From positions 416,001 through 480,000 of the forward strand of contig OZ241996.1 in assembly GCA_965204535.1 (NCBI GenBank): 64,000 nucleotides of DNA, read 5' to 3'. Source of the DNA: a bacterium. GTDB taxonomy: Bacteria; UBA8248. The position numbers were made by a program, and so were the translations under genes. The notes under the pieces were generated by a model. That model did no database searches. It had not been told where the DNA came from and was given only the letters and a program-made list of their open reading frames with translations. Shown here piece after piece: positions 31,380 to 41,248 of this stretch; within the stretch, counting starts at the first letter, position 1; every line of letters starts with the position of its first letter.

Positions 31380-32696
31380 ATGGAAGCGACTGCCTACCGG
31401 AGTTTCATGGAAGAGCGAATCGCCCGAATTACCGAAGCCTGTACGCATTGCGGAAAATGTTACGAGGTCTGCCCGATGGTTTCGTATTCGGGAGCGAAAG
31501 GCGCAGACCCAGAGAGGGTGACGAAATCCGTGCTCAACATCATCAACGATCGTCCGCATGAACCGGAAGGGGCATTGTGGGCCAAGGCTTGCCAAAAAAG
31601 CGGAGTTTGCATCGAGGCCTGTCCGGAAGACGTCAATCCGCGGGAAATGCTCACCTACGCCAAGCTGAAGCTGCAGAATATCGAATCAGAGAAAGCGGAC
31701 ATCCAGGAAGTCGGCAGGTCTTATTTTCAGGACTTGAGCCGGAAGATTCGTTTCATGGCCGCTTTGCAATTAGAACCCGAGCAATTCAGACGCCTCACCG
31801 CCGTGCGGGGCTCGGAGGCGAACACAGTAGATGCGGTGTTTTACTTTGGATGCAATATCCTCCAGACGCCTCACATCCTGCTCTCCTGCATCGATGTTTT
31901 CGACCGGCTGGGACTGGACTATGAGGTGGCCGGCGGCGTGGGCCATTGCTGCGGCATCAACCACATCAGGCGCGGAGATCTGGAGGCGGGGGCGGCGATG
32001 GGCGCGCGCTCCCTGGATCATTTCAAGTCATATCAGCCGGAAAAGGTCATTACGTTTTGCCCGACTTGCCAGATGCAATACTCCGAATATCAACACCTCT
32101 ACACCGGGAAGCCGCTTCTCCCCATGGCGGGAGGTACGAAACATAGCGAGGAGGAAATCCTGCCCTTCGTCCACATCACACAATATCTGGTGGATAATCT
32201 GGAGACTTTGCGGGGAGAATTCACGCAAAAGGTCGAGAAGCGCGTGGCCGTGCACCTGCACGGGGGCAGCGATGGCGTCGAGGAAAACGTGGTGAAAATC
32301 CTCCGAGCGGTTCCCGGGCTCGAATTCGTCGAGATTGAACAACTCTCCGATCATGCCTATCAGTGCCCCACGCTCGTCATTCCTGAGGCGAAAGCGGCGA
32401 TGCGCGAGAAACTTTTCGACTCGGCGCGCCGCGCCAGGGTGGATTCGCTGCTCACCGTTTATCATAGCTGCCATCGTGAACTATGCGGTCTGGAAAAGGG
32501 TGAGCCCTTTGAAATCGAGAATTTCATGACGATTCTCGGCCAGGCGATGGGGTTCGAGTATCCGGACTACACCAAGACGTACAAAATCTATGAGGATATC
32601 GCTCGGGTCATCGAAGAGGCGGGCGAGGCGCTGCGCGCTTTTGGAATGACGCCCGAGAAAATGCGGGAGCAGCTTCAAGCGGCCCTCTACGGCTGA
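31380..32696 (+). CDS. Fe-S oxidoreductase (4Fe-4S dicluster plus CCG domain; GlpC/HdrD-like)
   Basis: CTHCGKCYEVCP, CQKSGVCIEACP, YFGC, HCCG and FCPTC motifs. Confidence 0.82.
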   Translation: MEATAYRSFMEERIARITEACTHCGKCYEVCPMVSYSGAKGADPERVTKSVLNIINDRPHEPEGALWAKACQKSGVCIEACPEDVNPREMLTYAKLKLQNIESEKADIQEVGRSYFQDLSRKIRFMAALQLEPEQFRRLTAVRGSEANTVDAVFYFGCNILQTPHILLSCIDVFDRLGLDYEVAGGVGHCCGINHIRRGDLEAGAAMGARSLDHFKSYQPEKVITFCPTCQMQYSEYQHLYTGKPLLPMAGGTKHSEEEILPFVHITQYLVDNLETLRGEFTQKVEKRVAVHLHGGSDGVEENVVKILRAVPGLEFVEIEQLSDHAYQCPTLVIPEAKAAMREKLFDSARRARVDSLLTVYHSCHRELCGLEKGEPFEIENFMTILGQAMGFEYPDYTKTYKIYEDIARVIEEAGEALRAFGMTPEKMREQLQAALYG

Positions 32697-32737
32697 GAGC
32701 GGGGCATTTCAAGGCATTGAAAACTTAGCGATTTTCC

Positions 32738-33424
32738 TCATTTCCGCACCAGAACGATATTGAAATTTCCCAACTCAAACGTTTTTCCCAGGGAAACTTT
32801 CTTGAGCGGGATGATCAAAGAGGGTCTCGCTCTTTCATGGTCACCCAGTCTCGGGTCGCCCCGAAAATACAGTTGTGTCACCAGGGGCCGGTAATCAGGG
32901 TGGCGGATGTAAAAATGAATGTGTGACGGTCTCGCCCAGAATCCGAATCCGTATCGCCCCGGATGCACGGTTTCGAACTGGTACAGCCCTCTCCTTGTGG
33001 AGCGCATACGCGCCCTGTAGAGATAATTCTCCTTCTCGTCCATGCCGTGGTAGCTGCCGCTGTCATCCGCCTGCCAGACGTCGATAATCGCGCCCTCGAG
33101 CGTTTTCTGGGTGTCATGTCCATAGACGCGGCCGCGGATGAGCATGGGCGTTCCCGCCGCGTCCCGGGGCATCAGGCGGCCACGGAAAGGAGCCCCTTCC
33201 TTGTAATAGGGTCCCATGGAGTCCGAGTGAGTCGGCATTCGCGCCTGGGGCGGAGCCTCATCCGGCTTTTCGCCTTGCGCGAGCAGAAATTTTCCGTATT
33301 CCCCCAAGTCTCCATAAGCGGGCGTGGGAGCGAGGGTTTTCCGAAGCGCGAATGCGCCTGTGCCGAGCACGGTCAGGCCGAGCAGGGAGTTTTTCAGCAG
33401 CTCTCGTCTGTTCCATTTCTCCAT
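32738..33424 (-). CDS. Tat-exported intradiol ring-cleavage dioxygenase-like protein
   Basis: NRRELLK signal; GPYY, DVWQADDSGSY, PGRY and RPSHIHF motifs. Confidence 0.82.
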   Translation of the reverse strand: MEKWNRRELLKNSLLGLTVLGTGAFALRKTLAPTPAYGDLGEYGKFLLAQGEKPDEAPPQARMPTHSDSMGPYYKEGAPFRGRLMPRDAAGTPMLIRGRVYGHDTQKTLEGAIIDVWQADDSGSYHGMDEKENYLYRARMRSTRRGLYQFETVHPGRYGFGFWARPSHIHFYIRHPDYRPLVTQLYFRGDPRLGDHERARPSLIIPLKKVSLGKTFELGNFNIVLVRK

Positions 33425-33615
33425 GACGAAATCCCCGGCGGCGGGATACGTTTCTCTGGGAAGATTACCACTTCTGAGCGCGCATACGCCAGTTCCCGAA
33501 ATTCACCCCTGTCGCATCGGCGGACAATCTCTTCGGCATCGCCTGAGAGTGAATGAAAACAATACCATGCCGGCATGAGCGTCCCTGCGGATTGATGTCG
33601 TCCGAAGTGAAGAAA

Positions 33616-34002
33616 TCAGCCGCGCTGGGCCATCTCGATGCTGATGTTGTCAGGCCCCTTGATGAAGGCGATCTTCACACCCGGCCGAATCTCCCAGGGC
33701 TCGCAAATCCACTCCGCGCCCTTTTCGGTCAGCTCTTTTTGCGCCTCGTCCATGTCGTCGACCCGGAGTCCGAAATGATCCAGCCCGTAGCGGGGCTCGG
33801 AACCCGTGCGCACGGGGTCTTCTCCCTCCGCCCGGCCCGAGACGAGGAACACCATGCCGTTCAGCTCCATGTTGAACGACGGCGCGCGCCCCAGCTTCCG
33901 CTCCTCCACGACGGTGGCGCCGAACATGTCGATCCAGAAATCGCGGGCGGCGTGCGGGTCTTCGCTCCTGAAGTGAAGGTGGTCGTATGAGTATTCGGCC
34001 AT
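33616..34002 (-). CDS. VOC/glyoxalase family protein
   Basis: YDHLH, GLDHFGLRVDD and FIKGPDNISIE motifs; GAGGGG RBS. Confidence 0.88.
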   Translation of the reverse strand: MAEYSYDHLHFRSEDPHAARDFWIDMFGATVVEERKLGRAPSFNMELNGMVFLVSGRAEGEDPVRTGSEPRYGLDHFGLRVDDMDEAQKELTEKGAEWICEPWEIRPGVKIAFIKGPDNISIEMAQRG

Positions 34003-34127
34003 GCGGGATTCCCCTCTCGATGAGCTGTAAACCTCTGATTTGATGAGGTGTCCGGTTGTCTTTCGGCTTGGTGAGCCTTGGATTGTAAGGATAGCGGCCG
34101 GGAGTGGCAAGGGGCGTGAAGCCGGGT

Positions 34128-34769
34128 CTAGCCGGGTCCGCCCTCTTCTTCCTGTATGAGTTTCTCGGCCTCGGCCATCTCGTGGAAGAGCTCGCAGGTA
34201 GCCGAGAAATCCCTTTCCAGCTTGTCGAAAAGCTCCCTGATTCGCGCGGGCGAAATGACGCTGCAGAGTTGGTTATATACCGCCTGCCAGGCGAGCGTTC
34301 CGTGCTCGCCGCGCTGGAAATCAACCTCCTCGCTCGCCGTGATGGCGTCGTATCTCTCGTGTTCGTGCTCGAGAATGTCTCTGAGCACCGGCTCGTAGTT
34401 CGGGTCGTTCGAGTTCATGTAGCGCATGAGGTAATGCCTGAATTGGGGTTCTTTTTCCACCGGCTGCGGGTCGGACATCTCGCGCAGAACCTGGCAGGTG
34501 GCGGCGAAATCCTTCTCCAGCCGCTCGAAGAGCTGCTCAATGTGGAACGGGGTGAGAATGTCCGTAAGTTCCGTAAAAACAACGTGCCACATGTGGGGAA
34601 GCCGCTCTCCGCGGGTCGACTCGGCCCCCTCGCCGACGGTGCTCTCGTCATACACCTCGTGTTCGTGATCGAGCAAATCCATGAGCACCGGCTCGTAGTT
34701 CGGGTCGGCCGAATGGAGGTAGCGCATGAGATAGGGCTTGTATTTCCGTACCTTATGGCGTCTGGGCAT
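34128..34769 (-). CDS. Hypothetical protein made of two tandem ~100-aa repeats
   Basis: GAGG RBS; YLMRY..DPNYEPVL..HEHE.YD..LE.DF.ATC occurs twice, 300 bp apart. Confidence 0.75.
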   Translation of the reverse strand: MPRRHKVRKYKPYLMRYLHSADPNYEPVLMDLLDHEHEVYDESTVGEGAESTRGERLPHMWHVVFTELTDILTPFHIEQLFERLEKDFAATCQVLREMSDPQPVEKEPQFRHYLMRYMNSNDPNYEPVLRDILEHEHERYDAITASEEVDFQRGEHGTLAWQAVYNQLCSVISPARIRELFDKLERDFSATCELFHEMAEAEKLIQEEEGGPG

Positions 34770-35257
34770 CGCGGTTTCCTCTTAGGAAATGACTCCCGGA
34801 TATGGTGACCCCATTATATCACCAAACCGGGCCGCCTCGCTATGGACTGTTTCCCGGCGACGGAATCCGGCCTCCTAAACTATTGAATTACAAGGAGATA
34901 CCACTTATAAAAAAAATGAAAGACGATTTTGATCGCCCGGGAGTCGACCGGAGCGGTGCGGGTGCGAAAATCCCCGCAAATCCGCGCATTTGCCGTCATG
35001 GCAAGCGTAGCGATCCGTGGCAGGATTCCCCTGCGCCCGGATTCCGCGGCGTCATTTCCCGAGAAAAAAATTGTCAGCTATTTATCGAAAAACCCCGTGA
35101 ATTTATCGGTATTTATCGAATTTTTCGGAAATTCCTTATCTTCGAGCGAAGCGACCGGCTTCGCCATGATACCCGTGTTCTCCTCTTCTCCCGTCCCCGC
35201 AAATGCGGGCAAATGCGGCGGCCGCCCCAGACCGGGACGCGCCCTTGCCCCCCTTGC

Positions 35258-35477
35258 GGGGGGTGTTGAAAAACCCCCTGAGAGGGTAATGGCAACCCCC
35301 TTGAAAGGGAAACTTCATAAAGGCAACCCCCCCTACCCCCCCTTGACGGGGGGGTATAAAAAGGCGATGCGCTCTCGCCGGGCTGAGGGGGTTTTGCTTT
35401 TTCTTGCCCCCCTGTCAAGGGGGGGTAGGGGGGGTTGGTTTTCAGGGCGAGGTAGGGACAGGTCGCGACCTGTCCCT
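35258..35477. mobile_element. MITE-like element A (left end plus REP-like doublet plus GTAG REP; right end not found)
   Basis: GGGTGTTGAAAAA; CCCCCTACCCCCCCTTGACGGGGGG with an inverted copy; GTAGGGACAGGTCGCGACCTGTCCCT. Confidence 0.65.
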
Positions 35478-35680
35478 GTCGTAAACGGCGCCGAACTCGG
35501 GAAGGCGTCATTTCCCCCCGCGTTCACCGATGCCGCCGCTCTCTTGAGGATCAAACCCGACCCGCTAGGAACCGCGCCCCGAAATGTGCGATATTCCCTT
35601 CCCATGAGGACCCGTAAGGAAGCATCGCATCGCCACCTATCCCTTATCGCCGCACGGCGCGGCTCCGTCTGAGGCCGGGC

Positions 35681-38485
35681 GTGCGCCTCTCCTGGAACGA
35701 GATGCGCGTGCGCGCGGCGGGGTTCGCCCGCGAGTGGGCGGGCGCTGCGTACGAAAAAGGCGAGACGCAGAGTTTCTACAACGAGTTCTTCGAGATTTTC
35801 GGCGTCCGGCGCCGCTCCGTCGCGCGCTTCGAAGAACACGTGAGGCGCCTCGACAACACCCACGGCTACATCGACCTCTTCTGGCCGCGCGTCCTGCTCG
35901 TCGAGCAGAAAAGCGAGGGCCGCGACCTGGAGCGCGCCTACGGGCAGGCGGGGGAATACTTCGACGCCCTGCCCGAAAGAGAAAAACCCGGCCACATCCT
36001 GGTGAGTGATTTCCAGACCTTCGAGCTTTACGACCTGGACGAGCGCGAGCGCACCGCCTTCTCCCTCGCCGACCTGCCCGCCAACGTCGAGAAATTCGGC
36101 TTCATCCTGGGCGTGCGCCGCCGCGCCTTTCGCGATCAGGACCCCGCCAACATCAAGGCCGCCGAACTCGCGGGGAACCTGCACGACGCCCTCGCCGAGG
36201 CGGGCTATACGGGGGACGATCTCGAACGCTTCCTGGTGCGCGTCGTCTTCTGCCTCTTCGCCGACGACACGGGCATCTTCGAGCCGCGCGACATCTTTTT
36301 GAACTACGTCGAAGAGCGCACGAGCGAGGACGGCTCGGACACCGGGGCGCGGCTGGCCGAACTGTTCCAGGTGCTGGATACGCCTGAGGATGCGCGCCAG
36401 AGGACGCTGGATGAGGATTTGGCGCGCTTCCCTTACGTGAACGGCGATTTGTTCCGGGATGCCCTGCGCATTCCTTCCTTCAACGCCGCCATGCGGAACG
36501 CCCTGCTCGAAACCTGCCGCTTCGACTGGTCGAACATCTCGCCCGCCATCTTCGGCGCGCTCTTTCAATCCGTGATGAACCCGGCGGAGCGCCGCGCGCA
36601 GGGGGCGCACTACACGACCGAGAAGAACATCCTGAAAGTCATCGAGCCGCTCTTTCTGGATGACTTGCGCGCGGAGTTCGAGCGCCTGAAAGCCCGCAGG
36701 GACAGCCGCCGCTCGGCGGAACTCAGGCGGTTTCAGGAAAAACTTGGCCGTATGAATTTCTTCGACCCGGCTTGCGGGTGCGGAAATTTCTTGATCATCG
36801 CCTACCGCGAACTGCGCGAACTGGAGATGGAAGTGATCCGCGAACTGCGCTCCGACGAGATACAGCGCGAACTCGACGTGGCCGGGCTTTCCCAAATCAC
36901 CGTGGATCAGTTCTACGGGATCGAACTCGGCGAGTTTCCGGCGCGCATCGCCGAGACGGCGCTCTGGATGATGGACCACATCATGAACAACCGCCTGAGC
37001 CTCGAATTCGGCCAGACCTACACGCGCATTCCGCTCACGACCTCCCCGCACATCCTCTGCGCCGACGCGCTCGAAACCGACTGGGCGGAGCTTCTCCCGC
37101 CTCAGGATTGTTCTTATGTTTTCGGCAATCCGCCTTTCGTGGGGCATCAATGGCGCACGAGAGATCAACAGGCCGGCATGGCGCGCATTTGGGGTACGGA
37201 AGGGCAATTCAATCGGCTCGATTATGTGACTTGCTGGTTCAATAAGGCCATGCGCTACGCGGAAAAAAAGGAATCGATCGAGATCGCCTTCGTTGCGACA
37301 AATTCCATCGTACAAGGAGAGCAAGCTGGCGTTCTATGGCCGGTGTTGTTTGCCGGTGGCTTGTCTATACGTTTCGCGCATCGCACGTTTCAGTGGAATA
37401 GTGAAGCCCGAGGCTCAGCGGCAGTGCACTGCGTCATCATCGGGATGACCTTCGCCAAGGACGGAAAAAAGACGATCTATGATTACGATCATTTGCGCGG
37501 AGAGCCCCACGAGTCTGAAGTGAAGCGAATCAATGGGTATTTGATCGACGGGCCGCAGTATACGGTCCCTGCGCGCTCAAGAACGCCGATTGGTCGCCTG
37601 AAAATGCACAAGGGGAGCCAGCCGACCGATGGCGCTCGTCTCAAGAAGCCGGAAGGCGGATACATCACCTTCAGCAATCTAATCCTGAATGAAGAAGATA
37701 AGGCGGAACTTCTCGTGGCTGAGCCGGAATGCGAAAAATGGCTGAAACCTTTTGTTGGTGGTGAAGAACTAATCTCTGGGAAGTGGCGATGGTGTTTTTG
37801 GCTCAAGAACGCTGAACCGTCGGAATTGCGCGCGTCAAGGGCGATTAAGGAACGGCTTGAGCGAGTACGCGAAGGACGATTGCAAAGCCCGACGGCAAGT
37901 GTGCGCGAATATGCGAAATTTCCGACGCTGTTCACGCAGGATCGGCAACCGACGACGCCTTATCTCGCGGTTCCCGCAGTATCGTCTGAGACGCGCGAAT
38001 ATATACCGATAGCGATATAGCCGCCTACTGTTATTGCATCTGACCAAGTAAGGATTATTCCGGGAGCAGGGCTGCTTTATTTCGGTGTTCTTACTTCTGC
38101 GATGCACATGGCGTGGATGCGTACGGTCGCTGGCCGATTGAAAAGTGATTACAGGTATTCCCCGGCCATCTACAATTCGTTCGCTTGGCCAGAAATGGTG
38201 GATGACCAAGAAGCGAAAATCGTCGATTTGGCTCAGGTCGTTCTGGACGCCCGCGCGGCGTACCCCGAAGCGACGCTGGCCGACCTCTACGACCCGGACC
38301 TCATGCCGCCCGATCTTCGCCGCGCCCACCAATCCCTCGACCGCGCCGTGGATCGTCTCTACCGCCGCTCCGGCTTCGCCTCCGAGCGCGAGCGCGTGGA
38401 GCACCTCTTCGCCTTGTACGAGAAAATGCGCGCGCCGCTTGAGGTGGGGGTGAGGGGGAGGAGACGACGGCGGAGAAGGGGGTGA
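35681..38485 (+). pseudogene. MmeI-family (type IIL/IIG) fused endonuclease-methyltransferase interrupted by an in-frame TAG at 38018-38020
   Basis: GYIDLFWP..VEQKS nuclease motif, FDPACGCGNF motif I, GNPPF motif IV; same frame continues after TAG to MHMAWMRTVAGRLKSDYRYS and TLADLYDP. Confidence 0.85.
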
Positions 38486-38604
38486 AAGGATACGGCCCCT
38501 CTCAGAATGCTTGATGAAGCCCTATGTTTTTCTAATATGGTAATTTGGAATCATGGCTTTTATTTCCCAAGAAACTAAAATGGACGAGTTGAGGAGAATT
38601 ACCA

Positions 38605-39468
38605 TTGGGTGCGAATCGTCCGAAGCGGCATCATTATATCCCTGAGATGCTACTTAAGAATTTCTGCGATGATAGTGGTTTCTTGTGGGTAGGAGATCAA
38701 AAACGCAGAAAACATTATCAAGCAAATCCCACGAATGTGTTCGTAAAGAGTAATCTATATGCGAGGCACGATTTCTCCCGAGCAACTGAAAGTTATGAAT
38801 ATGAAGATTCACTATCTAAAATCGAAAGTAAAGCTGAACCTGCGATATCGAGCCTCATTGAACAAGTCCGATGTGGGCGCTATCCTCGGCTTGACCCGGC
38901 ACTCGATGACCATCTCAAAAAGTTTGTGATAGCTCTAGCTCGCCGGACGCCTGAATCCCAAGAGCGTGTCGCATCGGCCAAAGACCGTGATGTCTTTTAT
39001 GAAGTATCGAAGGCTCTGGCCGATAAACAAAACTACGATCTCCCTGCTCCAGAAATTCTTTACCAGGATCCTCGCATTCGAAAACTCAAGCAACGCATAG
39101 AATCAAATGCCAATGCTAGTTTTGCTGCTGGGGATAGACCGAATGAAAAAAATGAAGCTGAGCGTTTTTCTCGTGAAATAGGTTGGGGCATCGCACGAAT
39201 TTGCCTGCCGAAGAGGAGTTTTGTCATTGGAAGCCACGGCCTTACCTTTGTTGAGCGAGACGGGCCAATAAAGGGGAGTTGGCTACCTGCTGCTTACGAT
39301 GTCGCTGTCCAGTTCACAGCTTTTCCTGACAGAGGCTTCATGCTTGTACTTGATCGTAACAATGAGTCGATCATCAATGTGATTAATCGAGCCACCGCTG
39401 CGCAAAGCAGAATTATCGCTGGGCGTTCGGAAACTCTTGTACGTTCATTGATGCGGAAACGAACTTGA
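38605..39468 (+). CDS. DUF4238 domain protein
   Basis: GAGGAG RBS with TTG start; RHHYIPEMLLKNF, NLY, LSKIES and RRTP motifs; AT-rich codon usage. Confidence 0.7.
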   Translation: MGANRPKRHHYIPEMLLKNFCDDSGFLWVGDQKRRKHYQANPTNVFVKSNLYARHDFSRATESYEYEDSLSKIESKAEPAISSLIEQVRCGRYPRLDPALDDHLKKFVIALARRTPESQERVASAKDRDVFYEVSKALADKQNYDLPAPEILYQDPRIRKLKQRIESNANASFAAGDRPNEKNEAERFSREIGWGIARICLPKRSFVIGSHGLTFVERDGPIKGSWLPAAYDVAVQFTAFPDRGFMLVLDRNNESIINVINRATAAQSRIIAGRSETLVRSLMRKRT

Positions 39469-39678
39469 AAAGATTGACACGAGATTCAAAAGCGATGCCA
39501 CGGAAATCTGGTTTTTTCCGGTCGGTCCGGGAGTCGGACTACTCGGCATAATTGTTTCACATATCTGATCTGGAGAGTCCTTTCGGGTAAAGTCCGGGTT
39601 GCGCGACAACCTTTCGGCCAAAGACGCTTGAACATGAACACGGAACATTCCGAAGCCCGATTCAAGAATGTCTCCAAC

Positions 39679-39717
39679 TTGCGTTGCCGGCTTCCGTATG
39701 TTATATTTATATATAAC
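39679..39717 (+). promoter_or_regulatory. TA promoter with palindromic operator
   Basis: TTGCGT-17 bp-TATATT with extended TG, overlapped by GTTATAT-TTAT-ATATAAC. Confidence 0.75.
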
Positions 39718-39729
39718 TTGGAGGGTGTC

Positions 39730-39987
39730 ATGCATACGACAAATCTGCGCAAAGTCGGTGGTTCCATCATGCTGGCCGTTCCCCCCGCCCTTCTCGACCT
39801 CCTGAAACTCGGGGTCGGCGCGAAGGTGGAAATAGACGTGGAGGACGGTCGCCTGATCGTCGAGCCCAAAGCACGTCCCGTCTATTCACTCGATGAGCTC
39901 CTCGCGCAATGCGAAGAAACCCCTGCGCAGCCCGCCGAGGACCGCGCCTGGATGGAGGCCAGACCGGTTGGCAACGAGTTGTTGTAG
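39730..39987 (+). CDS. pemI: PemI/MazE (AbrB-fold) antitoxin
   Basis: MHTTNLRKVGGSIMLAVPPALL...YSLDELLAQC; GGAGG RBS. Confidence 0.9.
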   Translation: MHTTNLRKVGGSIMLAVPPALLDLLKLGVGAKVEIDVEDGRLIVEPKARPVYSLDELLAQCEETPAQPAEDRAWMEARPVGNELL

Positions 39988-40319
39988 TGAAGCGGGGTGA
40001 AATCTGGCTCGTCAGCCTCGACCCCACCGCAGGCCATGAACAACAGGGTACCCGTCCGGTACTGATCGTATCCCCGGACCCGTTCAATAGACTCACCGGG
40101 ACGCCCGTGGTCTTGCCGATCACATCGGGCGGCGACTTTGCGCGCAGGGCAGGCTTCGCAGTTTCTCTCTCGGACGCGGGTACCCGAACAACCGGTGTCG
40201 TCCGTTGCGACCAGCCGAGGTCCCTTGATCTCGCTGCCCGCAACGGGGCGCGTCTCGAAACCGTTCCTGAACTTATTATGGACGAAGTGCTTGCCCGGCT
40301 CGCCACCATCCTCGAATAA
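39987..40319 (+). CDS. pemK: PemK/MazF endoribonuclease toxin
   Basis: GTG overlaps the antitoxin stop; RGEIWLVSLDPTAGHEQQGTRPVLIVS and CDQPR motifs. Confidence 0.92.
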   Translation: MKRGEIWLVSLDPTAGHEQQGTRPVLIVSPDPFNRLTGTPVVLPITSGGDFARRAGFAVSLSDAGTRTTGVVRCDQPRSLDLAARNGARLETVPELIMDEVLARLATILE

Positions 40320-40633
40320 AAAGTGATTGTTCGTCTTCAATGCCGGACCGCACCCATCAGTGATTTCCCGTTTCGGGTCCCAGTTCCTGTGAATGACGCT
40401 AATTCGCCGATGCAATAGAGGGAGCGGCGCCGATTGGCTTAATCGGTCCTGGTTCTGGAGCGGATTCGAATACCGTCATTCGCTTCTCTCCAGTTTATCT
40501 CGTGGAGTAGCCCGTCCAGTCTCGCCCGGAACGGAGGACAAGTCAAAGCGATTCGTACCGGGAGGAGGGGAGTTTGTTCCGTCAATTCATCCGCGGCCAT
40601 GCAATCGGCAGAACCGGAAATTTCAGGCGGGGT

Positions 40634-41218
40634 TCAGGGGCCGTACACCCGGATGGCGGAGGGCTGCGTCGGGCAGAAATACTCGCAGACGCCGCACCCG
40701 ATACACCCTTTCTCGACCACGGGGCCGCGGACGCCTCCTGCGCGCTCGAGGCGGATGGCCTCTGAACCGAGCGGGCACCTGTCCACGCAATAATCACACC
40801 CCGGGTCCGTCCCGCTCCACGCGAGGCAGCGATCGGGGCTCACCTGCGCGAGCCCGATGCGTATCTCCTCGCGGGATACCAGGGTGAGCGCGCCGCTCGG
40901 GCAGGCCTTCATGCAGGCGAGGTCCTCACAGACGATGCAGGCGGCCTCCTGGGGGACGATGACCGGATGGAGGGTGTCCGAGTCGTCCGCTCCGGGGACC
41001 AGCCGGATGGCGTCGGCCGGGCAGACCTCCGCGCACGCGCCGACGCCGCAGCAAAGCTCCAGGAATTCCTCCTCGGGCGCCGCGCCCGGGGGCCGGAGCG
41101 GCGGCCGGGGCGTGTCGCCGCCATCGGCGGAAGAGCCTGCAAGAACCGCCTGGATAAAGGCGAAGGGTCCCTTCTGGAGGAAGGCGCGCCGGTCGAATTC
41201 AATCGGCTTCATCGTCAT
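40634..41218 (-). CDS. MauM/NapF-like polyferredoxin
   Basis: LRPPGA; four Cys clusters; RRAFL motif with only a weak h-region. Confidence 0.78.
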   Translation of the reverse strand: MTMKPIEFDRRAFLQKGPFAFIQAVLAGSSADGGDTPRPPLRPPGAAPEEEFLELCCGVGACAEVCPADAIRLVPGADDSDTLHPVIVPQEAACIVCEDLACMKACPSGALTLVSREEIRIGLAQVSPDRCLAWSGTDPGCDYCVDRCPLGSEAIRLERAGGVRGPVVEKGCIGCGVCEYFCPTQPSAIRVYGP

Positions 41219-41248
41219 CCCCAGACCAGCCTGCGAGCCGGGATTGTC

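Noticed and set aside
35333-37324. Long antisense or alternate-frame ORFs (663 aa here; also 40967-42991, 44298-45671, 56725-58017, 59645-61153)
   Set aside because: Shadows of GC-rich genes on the other strand or frame; no recognisable motifs
38018-38100. Pyrrolysine recoding of the MmeI TAG
   Set aside because: Not a known Pyl context, and TAG is used as a normal stop by other genes in the window
40320-40630. Possible gene remnant between pemK and the ferredoxin gene
   Set aside because: Only short ORFs with no recognisable motif
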